NCBI GenBank assembly: GCA_963732795.1
Contig: CAVTAV010000003.1
Span: 66,050 to 130,049, forward strand
Direction of reading: 5' to 3'
Length of the DNA: 64,000 bases
Source of the DNA: an uncultured Alphaproteobacteria bacterium
GTDB taxonomy: Bacteria; Pseudomonadota; Alphaproteobacteria; CAVTAV01
Part shown: positions 39,325 to 51,450 of the stretch, piece by piece
How the letters are laid out: the number at the start of each line of letters is the position of its first letter
How positions within the stretch are numbered: position 1 is the stretch's first letter
Notes under the pieces: generated by a model
The model's database searches: none
The model's input: the letters and a program-made list of their open reading frames with translations, nothing else
Told to the model about the DNA's origin: nothing
Translations under genes and position numbers: made by a program

Positions 39325-39993
39325 ATGCCTAGAGGTGTCGTCGATTACAAGGGTATGAAAACGCCCGAAGCGGAAGCTCTCCGGAACAGTCAGCCGGGCA
39401 AGGACATTCCCTTCAAGATCCAGAAGATCGGCCATGTCGTGCTTCGGGTGAGCGACCTGAAGCGGTCGGTCAAATTCTACACCAAGGTATTGGGCTTCCG
39501 GGTGTCCGACGTCTATCCGCCGACCATGGTTCCGGGCGGCATGGTGTTCATGCGCTTCGGCAACGACCATCACGGCGTGGCGCTGGTCGGCGGCGCGAAG
39601 ACGCCGATGGCCAATGACGAGCTTCACCATATGGCCTTCGAGGCCGCGACCCTCGACGAAGTGTTCCGGGCCCGCGACTTCCTGATCAAGCATAAGGTGC
39701 CGATCGATTTTCACGGCCGCCGCCGGGCAGGCTGCCAGATCGCGGTCGAATTCTGCGATCCCGACAACCACCATCTCGAAATCTTCTGGGGCCTCGATCA
39801 GGTCGGCTCCGACCAGGCGATCCGCCCGCCGCAGGAGTGGAAAGAGGTGTTCTCCCTCGAAGAGGCCGTCAGAAAGTCGCCTCCGGGCCAGAATCCGGTT
39901 CTGTTCGACAAATCCCTGATGAAGAAGGGCCGGGTCGCCACCAAGCCGAAGGCGAAGCCCAAGGCCAAGCCACGAGCTAAAGCGAAGAAGTAA
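39325..39993 (+). CDS. VOC (glyoxalase/extradiol dioxygenase) family protein with a basic KPKA-repeat tail
   Basis: 222 aa with VOC blocks IGHVVLRVSDLKRSVKFYTKVLGF and HHMAFE...DPDNHHLEIF. The C-terminus is KPKAKPKAKPRAKAKK. Confidence 0.8.
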   Translation: MPRGVVDYKGMKTPEAEALRNSQPGKDIPFKIQKIGHVVLRVSDLKRSVKFYTKVLGFRVSDVYPPTMVPGGMVFMRFGNDHHGVALVGGAKTPMANDELHHMAFEAATLDEVFRARDFLIKHKVPIDFHGRRRAGCQIAVEFCDPDNHHLEIFWGLDQVGSDQAIRPPQEWKEVFSLEEAVRKSPPGQNPVLFDKSLMKKGRVATKPKAKPKAKPRAKAKK

Positions 39994-40009
39994 GCCTCTT
40001 CGATTTCAC

Positions 40010-40089
40010 GTCATCGCGAGGCGCGAAGCGCCGTGGCGATCCAGGTAGGCTGGATTGCCGCACTCCCTGCGGTCGCTCGCAATGACGGC
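40010..40089. repeat. MITE/REP-like palindromic element, family 2
   Basis: CGTCATCGCGAGGCGCGAAGCGCCGTGGCGATCCAGG..CTGGATTGCCGC...GCTCGCAATGACGG. It lies between two convergent gene ends. A second copy is at 18558-18645. Confidence 0.85.
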
Positions 40090-40090
40090 T

Positions 40091-42714
40091 CTATAGCTCC
40101 CCGCGCCGCTGGGCGCGGGCTGCGGCGGGGCGCTTGCCGATGGGCGAGGGCAGGAACCGGCCGAGCGGCGGGAAACGCACTTCGCCGAGGCCTTCGATCG
40201 CGTACATCACGGTCGCTGCGACGAAGGGGATGCTCTGGGTCAGGAGCGTGATCGCGAAGAGTCGTCATGACCGAAGCCTTGGTGGTGTTGGTGGCATAGA
40301 GCAGGGCCGCGCCGCTCAGCAGCAGAACGCCGAGGATGGATTCGGCAATCACCGGGTTCTTGCGCGCCGGGCCGCCGATGCCGCCTTTTTCGGTGCGGAG
40401 GAACGGCAGGTTGTCCTTCACGAAACCGCGCACCACCGCCACCGCCACCGTCCATTGCAGGCTCGACGCGGCCAGCGCCGCCCCGACGATCTGCCGCGCG
40501 GGCAGCTTGACGCGGGCGAGATAGAGAATGGCGCAGTGGAGGAAGTTCGCGCCAAAGGCGACCAGGATCGGCAACGTGAAGGGAATCGTCGGGATCATCA
40601 CCTTGTCGGTGAAGATCAGCGGCACGCACAACAGGTTCATGATCGCAGCCAGCACGCCCATGGCGTCGGCGAACCAGTAGCTCCATCCCAGCACGAACTG
40701 GCGCTTCTGCTCGCGGCGGAGCTTGCTCGCGCCGGGCAGCATCTCGCGCCAATGCTTGCGGATGATCTGGGTCGCGCCATAGGCCCAGCGGTGGCGCTGG
40801 GTCTTGAAGGCCATGTAGTTGTCCGGCAGGAGACCATGGCCGTAGCGACGGTTGGTATATTGCGAGGACCAGCCGGCCTCCAGGAGGCGCAAGCCCAGCT
40901 CGGTGTCCTCGGTGATGGTGTCGGTCTGCCAGCCGCCGACCGCCTCGAAGGCCGAGCGGCGCAGCAGCAGCATCGTGCCGTGCGCGACGATGGCGTCGTC
41001 CTCGTTGCGCTGGACCATGCCGATATCGAAGAAGCCCGAATATTCGCTGTTGAGGAAGGATTTCAGCAGCGAGGCATGGCCGTCGCGGTGGTCCTGCGGC
41101 GCCTGGAGGAGGGCGAGCTTCGGCTCCTGGGCAAAATGAGGGCACGAGGTCGGCAAGCCAGTTCGGATCGACGACGTAATCCGCGTCGAGCGTCGCGATG
41201 ACCTCGGCATCCGCCGCCATATAGGGCAGCGCCATGTTGAGCGCGCCCGCCTTGAAGCCGGAGACCTTGGGGAAATTCAGGAACTTGAAGCGCGGGCCGA
41301 GCTCGGCGCAATGGGTCTCGATGGGCTTCCAGTACTCCTCTTCCGGCGTGTTGTTGATGATCACCAGCACCTCGAAATCCGGGTAATCGAGGGCCGCGAC
41401 GCTGTTCAGCGTCTTGATCAGCATCTCGGGCGATTCCTTGTAGGCCGCGATATGGATCGAGACCTTGGGCAGTCGGCCTGACCGCGCGTTTCGAGCGGTC
41501 GACCTGGATCAGGCGGCGCGGCTCGCGGCCAAGGGTGACTGCCGTGACCTCCTCGATCTTGACCAGCGTCATGACGGTCAGCGGGATCATCAACAGGAAG
41601 CCGATCGCCCCAGGCGATCGCCGAGCCGAGATTGAGGTAGTTCTCGACCGGGTAGAGCGCCGCCACCGCGACACCGGCCGACAGCGCGTTCGCCGCCACC
41701 GAATAGGCCATGGCCTGACCGAACAGCGGCTTCCGGCGGCGCAGCGAGAAAAGCGTGATCAGCGCGCCGAAAGCCACGGCCAGCCACATCGCGTTCGACT
41801 TGTGGGGCGTCTGGACGATGCCGGTCATCGGGAATTTCGGCGTGCGGTCGAAATTGTAGAGGCCCCAATAGGCGCCGACGCTGCCTTCGGCGCCCTTCCA
41901 GGGCTGATCGAAGGCCTCGATGACGTTGTAACTGATCTGGTGCATGCGCGCCGCCTTGACGAAGGCGCGGACGGTCTCGGCCTCGGCGAGCACATTGGGT
42001 TGGGCCGCAAGGTTGTTATAGCCCTGGCTCGGCCAGCCGAACTCGGCGATCACGATGCGTTTGCCGGGGAACGCCTTCTCCAAAGCCTTGTATCGGTCGA
42101 TGGCATGGCCCACTGCGGCCTGGGCCGGGATGCCTTCCCAGTAGGGCAGGATATGGGCGGCAATGAAATCCACATGGTCGGCGAGTTCGGGATGGGCGAT
42201 CCAGGTATCCCAGGTCTCGCCGGTGCTGACCGGCACGTCGACGCGGGAACGGACCTCGTCCAGCATCTTCTCGAGGTTCGCGACCGATCTGGTCCTTACG
42301 GAGGATCGTCTCGTTGCCGACGATGGCCGAGGTCACGTTGGTGTTGTTGTTGGCGACCTTGACCAGGGCGTCGATCTCCTTGCGGTTCGCCTTGTCCCAT
42401 TTGTTGATCCAGGCGCCGGCCGTGACCGAGAGGCCGTCCTTCTCGGCGATCTTCGGCACTTGGGCATAGGGGCCTATCGAGGAATACAGGCGAATGCCGC
42501 GCACGTGCTCCCGGAGGAGCGCGAGGTCGCTTCGAATCTGGCTGGTCAGGCTCTCGGGCGCGACCTTGTCGGGGTATCTCAGATCGGCCGGCGTGTAGGA
42601 CACGGAGTCCATGCGGCCGAAAACGTCGGGCGGAGCGCTCAATTCGTGGAGGGAACTCCAGACTGTGCACTGCAAAATCGCCGCCAGAACCGCCGCGGCG
42701 AAAACGTTCTTCAT
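40091..42714 (-). CDS. ndvB: NdvB-like cyclic beta-(1,3)-glucan synthase (GH17 - GT2 fusion); five frame breaks as sequenced
   Basis: The segments assemble to about 874 codons. The GH17 part contains VGNETILRKDQ, AAHILPYWEG and IVIAEFGWPSQG, followed by TM helices. The GT2 part contains VSIHIAAYKESPEML, DYPDFEVLVIINN, TLDADYVVD, TEDTELGLRL and QRHRWAYG, followed by C-terminal TM helices. Breaks lie near 42283, 41606, 41475, 41135 and 40255. The stop TAG is at 40091-40093. Confidence 0.8.
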
Positions 42715-42915
42715 TGTGACCGCCCTGTTATGGCCGACTGAAGCGCCGGTCGTCTTTACCCAGATATTGGGTCCTGTAGGCGAAAGATCGGCTCAATCAT
42801 GACAATTTTATGGCTATGTCAGTAGACGGCCGAAACCGGCCATTGGCAAGCACGAAATGCTGCGCTGCACAATATGTTTCTGTGATCGGCGAGTCGAACG
42901 TCGGTCGGGCGTGGC

Positions 42916-44986
42916 CTAATTGACGATTAGACTCTGACGGATGTAGCTGGCGACATCCTGAAGATCGTCGGGGGACATCGTGTCTTTGAACGACGGCATG
43001 TCGTTCTTGCCCGAGCTTGCAACGGTCATGATTCCAGTGATGGTGAGCTTGACGGTGAGCGCCGCCCCGCCACCATGACCGCCCTGTCCGTCGATACCGT
43101 GGCAAGGTTGACAGACCTGTGCGTAGATCGATTGGCCATGACTGAGGTCGGCCGTGCGACCCGGGGTTGGACGAGGCGGCGTCGAGGCTGTGTTGGCGCT
43201 TGTTTGGGTGAAGGGCGGAAGAGGGCCGATCTTGCCGTCCAGCGAGAACATCCAGACGCTGTCGCCATGTTGGCGTCCGAAGACGTACGAACCGGCGGCA
43301 AGCACCACCACATACTGATGGCCCTTATACTCGAAGGTGCTGACAGGGGCATTGACCGATGCATCGGTCTGAAACTCCCAGAGCTTGTCACCGCTGGCGT
43401 TGTCGAGCGCCGTCAGCCGACCGTCGTTGCGTCCGACGAAGACGAGCCCACCCGCCGTGACCACCGACCCATTATAGCATCCGCCGTTCCATTGCTGACG
43501 CCAGACAAGCCGGTTGGTCGTGACGTCCAGGGCGGCAAAGATGCCCCGCGTTGCAACGTCGACATGGATGAACTCTCCGCCTCGATAGGATTGGCCCCGC
43601 GTCGGACCGCTGACCGCGACGCCGCCGCGAAAGCCCGAAATGCCGTCATTGGCGCAGACATAGAGGAGGTGGCTCGCCGGGTCGTATGAACTCGGCGGCC
43701 AGTTCACGCCGCCGACCGCGCTTGGCTTGGTGATGACGTCCTGATCCCAGTAGGGTGTAAAGATCCGTCCCTGGTTCACCAGACGATAGCCTTCTGGCAC
43801 AATATCGATGACCTGCGGGACGATTGCATCGCCACGCGGATAGGGCTGCGTGGCAGCCGTGTGTTGGCGAGGCTCCTGGGCGACAGGGCGCTCTTCGATG
43901 CCGATCAGAGGCTTACCGGTTGTCCGATCGAGTATATAGGCCCAGCCCGTCTTGGAGACCTCAACCAGCCCCTTGCGGAGCTTGCCGTCGATCATGACGT
44001 CGAATAGCACGACGGGATTCGGAGAATCATAGTCCCACAGGTCGTGATGCACCTGTTGGAAGTGCCAGCGGTATTTTCCGGTTTTGGCATCGACGGCCAC
44101 AATCGACGACGTGAACAGGTTATCACCGGCTCGGACTGCGCCATTGAGGTCGGGTCCGGCGTTTCCCGTGGAGTAATAGATCATTCCCAGATCCGGATCG
44201 AGCGCGGGCGTCTGCCACACCGACGCGCCGCCATATTTCCAGGAGTCGTTGTCCGCCGGCCATGTCTCATGGCCGAATTCTCCGGGGCCGGGGATGTTAT
44301 AGAATGTCCATTTGAGCTTGCCGGTCTTGGCGTCGAAGGCCTTTACACGACCGCGCGTGCCTTTGTCTGCGCCCGCTACGCCGGTGATGACGAGGCCGTC
44401 GTAATACAAGGGCGCGCTTGTGATCGTGTAGCCGTCTTGCCAGCGTTCCACTTGAACCGACCAGTCGACTTTCCCGGTGCGCTGATCGAGAGCGACCAGC
44501 TTACCGTCGAGTTGGCCGATATAGATCCGACCGTCGCCGAGCGCCACGCCCCGGTTCGTCCACCCGCAGCAGACCGCGTCGTTTTCCTCGTCGAGATCGG
44601 CCCTGATAGGTCCAGAGAATGGCGCCGTTGTCCACGCCGATCGCAAACACATCGTCCGCGCCAGTGGACATATAGATCACGCCGTTATGGACGATGGGCT
44701 GTCCTTGACCCGAATATTTCGCGCCGTTGCCCGAGCCGCCAAGCTTGATATGCCATTCGGCGCGCAGTCTCGCGACATTGGCACGGTCAATCTGGTCCAG
44801 CGGCGAATAGCGTTGATTGAACGTGTTGCCGCCATTGGTGATCCATCCGTCCCGCGGCGGGACGGTGAGTTGCTCGGCGGAGAATGCCGGGGCAGGGGTG
44901 ATTTCTGGCTCGGCCGCGAAGGCCGGACCTAAAAGCGTCAGAACCGCGAAAACCGCACACAGAAAACCCGCCGAAAACGACCTCAT
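42916..44986 (-). CDS. PQQ-dependent dehydrogenase with a C-terminal cytochrome c domain (quinohemoprotein); one frame break
   Basis: The Sec signal is FLCAVFAVLTLLGPAFAAEP. It has a PQQ propeller with the vicinal Cys pair AVCCGW and a C-terminal CQPCHG heme site. The break lies near 44607. The span equals 3n+1. Confidence 0.85.
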
Positions 44987-45028
44987 ATGCCCCCCAAATG
45001 TGTCGCTCCCCGCGCTGTGGCGGTGTTC

Positions 45029-46511
45029 CTATGACTGTTGCCGAGCCGCCAGACTATGGAGCAGCTCTCCGGTTTCCGGATGCGGATCGGTGCCGCCGAG
45101 CCGGCCGAACCGCGGGATCCGGCCCATGGCGGCGTCCTCGGCGGTGTAGCCCCGGCCGTCCTTGGCGTTCACGTCCGCGTGGTTCTTGACCAGAAGCTTG
45201 ATGATCTCGTTCCAGCCCTGAGTTGCTGCCCCATGGAGCGCCGTCTGGCCGTTTTGGGCCTTGGCGTTCACGTCGGCGCCCCGGTCGATCAAGAGTTTGA
45301 CCGCCTTGATCGCCTGGTCCTCGGTAAGGAAGCGACCACGGGTGTCGATGCCGGTCTTGCCGAAGCCCGAGGCCGCCATCAGCGGCGTCGTGCCCTGCGA
45401 GGTCGGCAGGTCGATCAAGGCGCCGTGGTCGAGAAGCGCGGTCATGGCCGGGATATCGGCGGCGCGCGCGGCCCTGAGCAGCGGCGTCGAGCCATAGGTC
45501 AGGATCCGGTCGGCGCCGCGATCCGGGCCGAGGGCGCGATAAGGCGGCCATAACTTGAGCTGAAGATTCGGGTTCGCGCCCGATTTCAGCAAAAGACCGA
45601 TCATCTCGATCCCACTGGTCTTATCGAGCGAGGGAAGGTCGGGCCGGCCGCCATGGGGGAGCGTGTTGTAATCGACCGCGGCATAGAGCGGATTGCGGCC
45701 CCAAAGATCCCATTTGTTGGGATTCGCACCGTGTGCCAAAAGATATTTCGCCGTGTCGAAATGCGCGTTCAGGAGCGCCATCAGCAGCGGGCTCACCCCG
45801 TCCGGATCGGTCAGATTGACATTGGCTTTCGCGTCGAGAAGCGCCTTGGCGCATTCGGTGCAGCCCTCGCGAGCCGCGAAAAGCAGGGGCGTCAGGCCGC
45901 CGGTCGGAAGCTGTTTCTTCGCGGTGCTCCGCCGTAACGGGCCGTTTCCAGTTATGGATCGTGGACTTGGCGTCGACATCGGCGCCGCGTCCGGCGAGAA
46001 GCTTGACCATGGCCGGACGGCTCTCGGCGGCGGCCCACATGATCGCGGTCTGGCCCATCCAATGCTCGGTCTTGTTGACGTCCGCGCCGTGCTTCAGGAG
46101 CACCTTCGCCGCCGCGACATTGTCGGTGCGGGCGACGACCATCAGGGCGGTCTGGCCGTCCGGATTGGGAAAATCGACATGCGCGCCGGCCTTGAGGAGC
46201 TTCTCCAACACCGTCACGTTGCCGGTGATGGCGGCTTCCGACATCGGGCTCGCGCCGTAATTATTGGTCACCAGCACGTTCGCGCCGGCCTTGATCAGGT
46301 CCTCCACCATCTCCGTGTCATTGAGGTGGATCGCCCAAATCAGCGGCGTCGTCCCGTTCGACTCCGGCTTGTTGACGTCCACATGCTTGTCGATGAGCTG
46401 AAGCGCCGCCGCCCGGTCGCCCGATTTGATGGCGCCGATCAGGGATTCGTCGGCCCGCGCGACGGAGGAGCCGGCAAGAGCGAGAACGGCAACGACCAGC
46501 CATAGCTTCAT
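45029..46511 (-). CDS. Exported ankyrin-repeat protein; one frame break
   Basis: The signal peptide is MKLWLVVAVLALAGSSVARA. There are multiple ANK repeats (G.TPL..A......V..LL..GA.VN). The break lies near 45925. The span equals 3n+1. Confidence 0.85.
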
Positions 46512-46512
46512 G

Positions 46513-47838
46513 TCAGATCTCCGTGATCTCGCCGGTGCTGTCGCCGACGGATTCGAGATCGACGCCGGCGCGGTGCAGGGCGGTCAGAAGCAGGTTCGCG
46601 ACCGGCGTGTAGTCCTTGGCCACCACATGCTGGTTGCCCTTCAGCTTGCCGCAGCCGCCGCCGACTATGGCGGTCGGGAGCGGGAAGTGGTCGTGGGCGT
46701 TCGAATTGCTCATATTGCTGCCGTAGAGAAGGATGGAGTGATCCAGCATCGAGCCGTCGCCGTCCGGCATCTTGGCGAGCTTGTCCACGAAGCGGGCGAA
46801 CAGCTTGGAGTGATAGGTCTGGATCTTCACCAGCTTGGCGATCTTCTGGGCGTTGTTCTGGTGATGCGACAGCGGGTGGAAGGCATCCGGCACGCCGATC
46901 TGGTTGTAGGTCATATTGCTGACCTCGGCCGCCACCATCATCGTCGCCACCCGGGTCATATTGGCCTGATAGGCGAGGGCGATCATGTCGAACATCAGGT
47001 TCAGATGCTCCTCGAACGAGCTCGGAATGCCCGCGGGGACGGTCGGTAGATCCAGCTTCGAGAGGTCGCGCGCGGCCATCTTGTTCACCCGCCGCTCGAT
47101 CTCGCGCACGGTATCGAGATAGTCGCTCAGCATCGCCTGATCCGACGCGCCGAGAGTTTTCTTCAGGTCCGAGGCCTGGGCGGCGACCAGATCCAACAGG
47201 CTCGTCGTTTCGCTGGTCAGCTCCTTGCGTTCCTCTGCCGTGTCGCCCTGGCCGAACAGGCGCTGGAACAGGAGCCGGGGATTGACTTCCATGGGCAAGG
47301 GAGTGGAGGGCGTGCGGAAAGAGATCGTCGCGCCGTAGCTGCAGCCGTAGTTGCGGTCGCAGGCACCGGCGCCGACGGTCTTCGAATCCTCCGTCGCCAC
47401 CTCGATGGAGGGCAGGGGCGTATCCTGGCTGATATGGAGCGCGGCCATCTGGTCGATGGTCACGCCGCCATAGGGATCGTGGCTCGCCCGCGGCGTGACC
47501 GCGCTGAGCCAGGTGCCGGGCGTGATGGCGTGCACGGGACCGGCGGCGTGCTTGTTTTCGAGGCCGGTGACGACGGTGAGCTGCTTCTTGAACGGCTCCA
47601 ACGGTTTCAGGATCGGCTTGATGTCGAAGTCCGCGCCGGTCTTGTCCGGGGTCCACTGATCCATGATCGCGCCGTGCGGAAAGTAGATGAACATCATATG
47701 GGGCTTCGGCGCGGCCGCGGTCTTGGCGATGGCCGTGCCCGCCGGAACCATCGCCTCCAGAAGCGGCAGGGCCACACTCGCGCCCATGCCTTTGAGGACC
47801 GTGCGGCGGTGCAGGTGCTTCTTGGTCAAATAGAACAT
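46513..47838 (-). CDS. DUF1552-type protein with a twin-arginine-like signal
   Basis: ATG at 47838 (MFYLTKKHLHRRTVLKGMGASVALPLLEAM). It carries the family-like motif FHPLSHHQNN. Intact, 441 aa. Its stop is 1 nt from the downstream ankyrin start. Confidence 0.75.
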   Translation of the reverse strand: MFYLTKKHLHRRTVLKGMGASVALPLLEAMVPAGTAIAKTAAAPKPHMMFIYFPHGAIMDQWTPDKTGADFDIKPILKPLEPFKKQLTVVTGLENKHAAGPVHAITPGTWLSAVTPRASHDPYGGVTIDQMAALHISQDTPLPSIEVATEDSKTVGAGACDRNYGCSYGATISFRTPSTPLPMEVNPRLLFQRLFGQGDTAEERKELTSETTSLLDLVAAQASDLKKTLGASDQAMLSDYLDTVREIERRVNKMAARDLSKLDLPTVPAGIPSSFEEHLNLMFDMIALAYQANMTRVATMMVAAEVSNMTYNQIGVPDAFHPLSHHQNNAQKIAKLVKIQTYHSKLFARFVDKLAKMPDGDGSMLDHSILLYGSNMSNSNAHDHFPLPTAIVGGGCGKLKGNQHVVAKDYTPVANLLLTALHRAGVDLESVGDSTGEITEI

Positions 47839-47890
47839 ACCGCGTCTCCATCCGCCCGCGTCCGATCGCCCCAAACGACCGGGCGGGCCT

Positions 47891-50324
47891 CTATTGCGCC
47901 GAAGCCTCCTTGGTCGGCTTGGTCTCGCTCTTGGCCGGCACCGTTTCCTTCAGGAAAGGCTCGCTCTCCACGATGCCCATCACGAGCGACGAGAATTTGT
48001 AGTCGTCCTTGGCCGCGTCGCGCACGATCCGGCGGATCCACGGCATGTCGTAATACTGGATGCTGCGGCCGAGGCCGTAGGTCATCAGCTTCTCGGTCAT
48101 GGTCTGGACGAATTGCTCGGGCTCGCCCATCAGCGCCTTGCGCAGGTCGATCGGGCCCGAGACCGGCGTGCCGTCGGCAAGCTGGCCCGAGGCGTCGATC
48201 GGGGTCGCCGTCTCGCGGTCCTTGACCCGCCATTCGCCAATCGCATCGAAATTCTCGAGCGCGAGACCCAGGGGATCGAGCACCCCGTGGCAGGCATTAC
48301 AGGACGGGTCGGTCCGGTGCTGGACCATGCGCTCGCGCACGGTTTGCGCGGTCACGCCGTCGACATTCTCGACCAAGCGCTTTGACGTCCGGCGGCGGCG
48401 CATGGGGCGGCACGCCGACGACGTTCTCCAGGATCCACTGACCGCGCAGCACCGGCGCCGTCCGGTTGGCGTAGGAGGTGGACATCAGCACCGCGCCCTT
48501 GCCGAGGAGGCCCCAACGGTTCGGGTCGCTAAGCGTCACCTTCCGGAAGCGGTCGCCCCGCACGTTCTCGATGCCGTAAAGAAGGGCAAGGCGCTCGTTG
48601 ACATAGGTGTAGTTCGCGGTCAGGAGGTCGAGGACGCTGCGGTCGTTCTGGAAGATGTCGCCGACCCAGAGCGCCATCTCGGTCTTGAAGTCCTCGCGGA
48701 AATTCTCGTTGTAGCTCGGGAACAGGTTGCGGTCGGGATCGACCCGGTCGAGGGCGCGCACGCCGAGCCACTGGAAGGCGAAGTTCTTGACCAGCGCCTC
48801 GGCCTTGGGATCGGCCAGCATCCGCTTGACCTCGGCTTCCAAGACCTTGGGGTCCTTCAGCTTGCCGGCGGCGGCGGTTTGCAGAAGCTCGTCGTCGGGG
48901 ATCGAGCTCCAAAGGAAGAAGGAGAGACGCGAGGCAATTTCGAGGTCGCTCAGGCGGTAGACCGCGCCCGGCGCAAGGCCCTCCGGCGGCGGCTCGGCGC
49001 GGTACAGGAATTTCGGGCTGACCAGGATCGCCATCAGCCCCGAGCGGACGCCGGCTTCGAATCCGCCGAGGTCGTGGCCATGCGCATAGAACTCCATCGG
49101 CGCGGCGATGTCCGCGTCGGTCACCGGCCGGCGGAAGGCGCGGCGCGCGACGGTCGAGAGGATCTTGCGGGCGCAGGGCGTCTCCTCGTCCGCCGAGGCG
49201 GGATGGCAGAGGAAGATGCGCTGGCGGCTCGGGGTCTCGCCGACGCCCTCGGATTGGAACGGGCCGGCGACCTCGACATGGCGGACGCCCATGATGACGT
49301 CGAAGCCGCCGCCTTCGCGGAACGGCTCCAGGGTCTCGTCGGATTCGGCGAAGCTGCGCCCGACGAAGGTGACGCCGACCTTATGCGGCCCGGCCTTCAC
49401 ATCGACCTTGATGTGGTTGAAGTATTTGTTGATCTCGGCGACGGCCTGGGCCTGGTTCTGGTCAATGTTCTTCAAGTCCGCCTCGCCGCCGACGTCGCGG
49501 CCGAACACTTCGTTGCCGTCGATGGTGATGATCAGCCGGTGCTTGTATTCGACGCCGAGGACATAGCCCGCCGTCGCCACCTTGCCGAGATTGAACTCAT
49601 AGGTCCCGTCGACGGGGAAGAAATGGGTGAACAGCATGCCGCCCCGCGTGCCGAGGGGCAGGCCCTCGATATGGGCGTTCTGATCGGCGTCCTTTGGCGC
49701 GAAATAGGTATGGAAGTCGGTCTTGGCGGCGGGATTTCCGACCGCCTTGGTGGCGACGACGCGCGCCGCCGAGATGTATTGGTCGAGAAAGGCGGGCGAG
49801 ACCTTCAGCACGTCGGCGATATTGTCGAACCCGTCGCTCTCGTCGTCGCTCGGCAAAAGGTTGGTCACATCGACATCGAGATGGAGGAGGTCGCGGATCG
49901 CATTGGCGTATTCCGCGCGGTTCATCCGATGCAGCGCCACCCGGCCGGGATTGGGGTTGGCGAACGCCGCTTCGTCGAGCGAGGTCTCCAGCCAATTGAT
50001 GAATCCCTGGCGGGTCGCGTCGTCGGGCGCGGGCTTGCCGGGCGGCGGCATCAGGCGGCCGCTCAACTTACGGATCGCCGCCTCCCAGATCTTGGCGTCC
50101 TTGGGGACCTCCTGGGGCACCATCGTGTCGAACGCGATCTGGCCCTTCCAGTCGGTATAATTGTGACACTCGACGCAATATTTGTTGAGCATGGCGAATT
50201 CTTTCTCGCCGATGCTTTTGGGAGCGGGCTGGGTGTCGGCGGCCAAGGCAGGCGCGGCAAGGATCGGCGCGGCCAACAGGCCCGCCCCGGCGGCAACCGC
50301 CAACAATGCGCTGCGAAACCTCAT
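47891..50324 (-). CDS. Large exported heme-binding protein of the DUF1592/DUF1595/DUF1588/DUF1585 (PSD/PSCyt-like) type; one frame break
   Basis: It has a signal peptide, an N-terminal CVECH and a C-terminal CNACHG heme c motif. Conserved blocks are FFLWSSIPDDELL, FAFQWLGVR and LTANYTYVNERLA. The break lies near 48378. The span equals 3n+1. Confidence 0.75.
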
Positions 50325-50340
50325 CTCCCCCGCCGGCTCC

Positions 50341-51273
50341 CTAGATTACACCCGGATATTCCCGAATATGCCCCCACACGCCCTTATAGGCCAGCCGCAA
50401 GAACATCTCGGGGTCGCCCCAGCGGGCGTCGAATTCCTTTGTCGGCTTGGCGGCGACCATTTCGTCGACGCTCTTGCCGTCCTTGAAGAACTCGCCGATC
50501 CGATGATCCATCTCGGCGAGCATGTCGTGCTGCAGCTTAAGATCTTCCTTCGATTGGGCCGGGCCGGCCGCGGGGATGATCCGGGTCTTGTCGTCCGCGA
50601 GATCCATCATCGCCTTGGTGGCGTTGGCGAGGCCGCGGATCCATCCCCCCGTCGCCCAATCGGAGATCGGATAGGTCCCGACGGTCACGAGATCGCTCGC
50701 CGCGATCACATTCGAGTCCGGGAAGTGGATGAAGATGTCGCCGTCGGTGACGGCCTGGGGCACATGAACGTAGTCGATATGCTCGGCCCCGCAGGTCATC
50801 TTGCCGGAGGTATAGAACGTGTCGTTCGGGAGGGCATAATCCGGCCAGGGCTTATGCGTTTCATGGGCCCAGGGGATGTCGAAATCCGCGCCCATCCAGA
50901 GCCTCGTATTCTCATGGGCCAGGATCTTGACGCCGTCCTTGCCGAGCGCGTGGTTCGAGCCGGTATGCGGGGGCCGCCAGTTGGTGTTGAACAGCGCCAG
51001 GATCTTGCCGGCGGGCGATTGTTCTTTCGCGAGCTTGATCAGGGCCGCGGAGGGTCCCGGCAGGCCGCCATCCACCATCACGACGCCGTCCGGCGAGGTC
51101 GCCATCACGACATTGCAGCCGGCCCCCATAATTTCGACCAAATTGTCGGAAAGTCTTGTAACCGAAAGCGTTTCGGCATTGGGCTTCGCCCAGGCGCCGC
51201 GGGTCAATGCGATGCCCGCCGCGCCCGCCATGGCGGTTTTGAGGAATGCCCTGCGGCCCGAAATTTGTTCCAT
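50341..51273 (-). CDS. Exported metallo-beta-lactamase-fold protein with a degenerate metal-binding motif
   Basis: The Tat-type signal is SGRRAFLKTAMAGAAGIALTRGAWA. The MBL-fold layout is present, but the HxHxDH position reads NTNWRPPH. Confidence 0.7.
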   Translation of the reverse strand: MEQISGRRAFLKTAMAGAAGIALTRGAWAKPNAETLSVTRLSDNLVEIMGAGCNVVMATSPDGVVMVDGGLPGPSAALIKLAKEQSPAGKILALFNTNWRPPHTGSNHALGKDGVKILAHENTRLWMGADFDIPWAHETHKPWPDYALPNDTFYTSGKMTCGAEHIDYVHVPQAVTDGDIFIHFPDSNVIAASDLVTVGTYPISDWATGGWIRGLANATKAMMDLADDKTRIIPAAGPAQSKEDLKLQHDMLAEMDHRIGEFFKDGKSVDEMVAAKPTKEFDARWGDPEMFLRLAYKGVWGHIREYPGVI

Positions 51274-51450
51274 GTCGAAGGAGTTTACCTTAGAATCACT
51301 CTACCTTCCACCGAAAGGTGTTAAAATTCGGACTGGAATCCGACGCAAATTCGAGTTTAGAAAATCGCCCGTCTTGCCAGGGCGAGTCGATTTTCTGGTA
51401 GACTGATCCGAAGCGTTCGACTGATCAATATCCAAGGGGGAGTTACCAAG

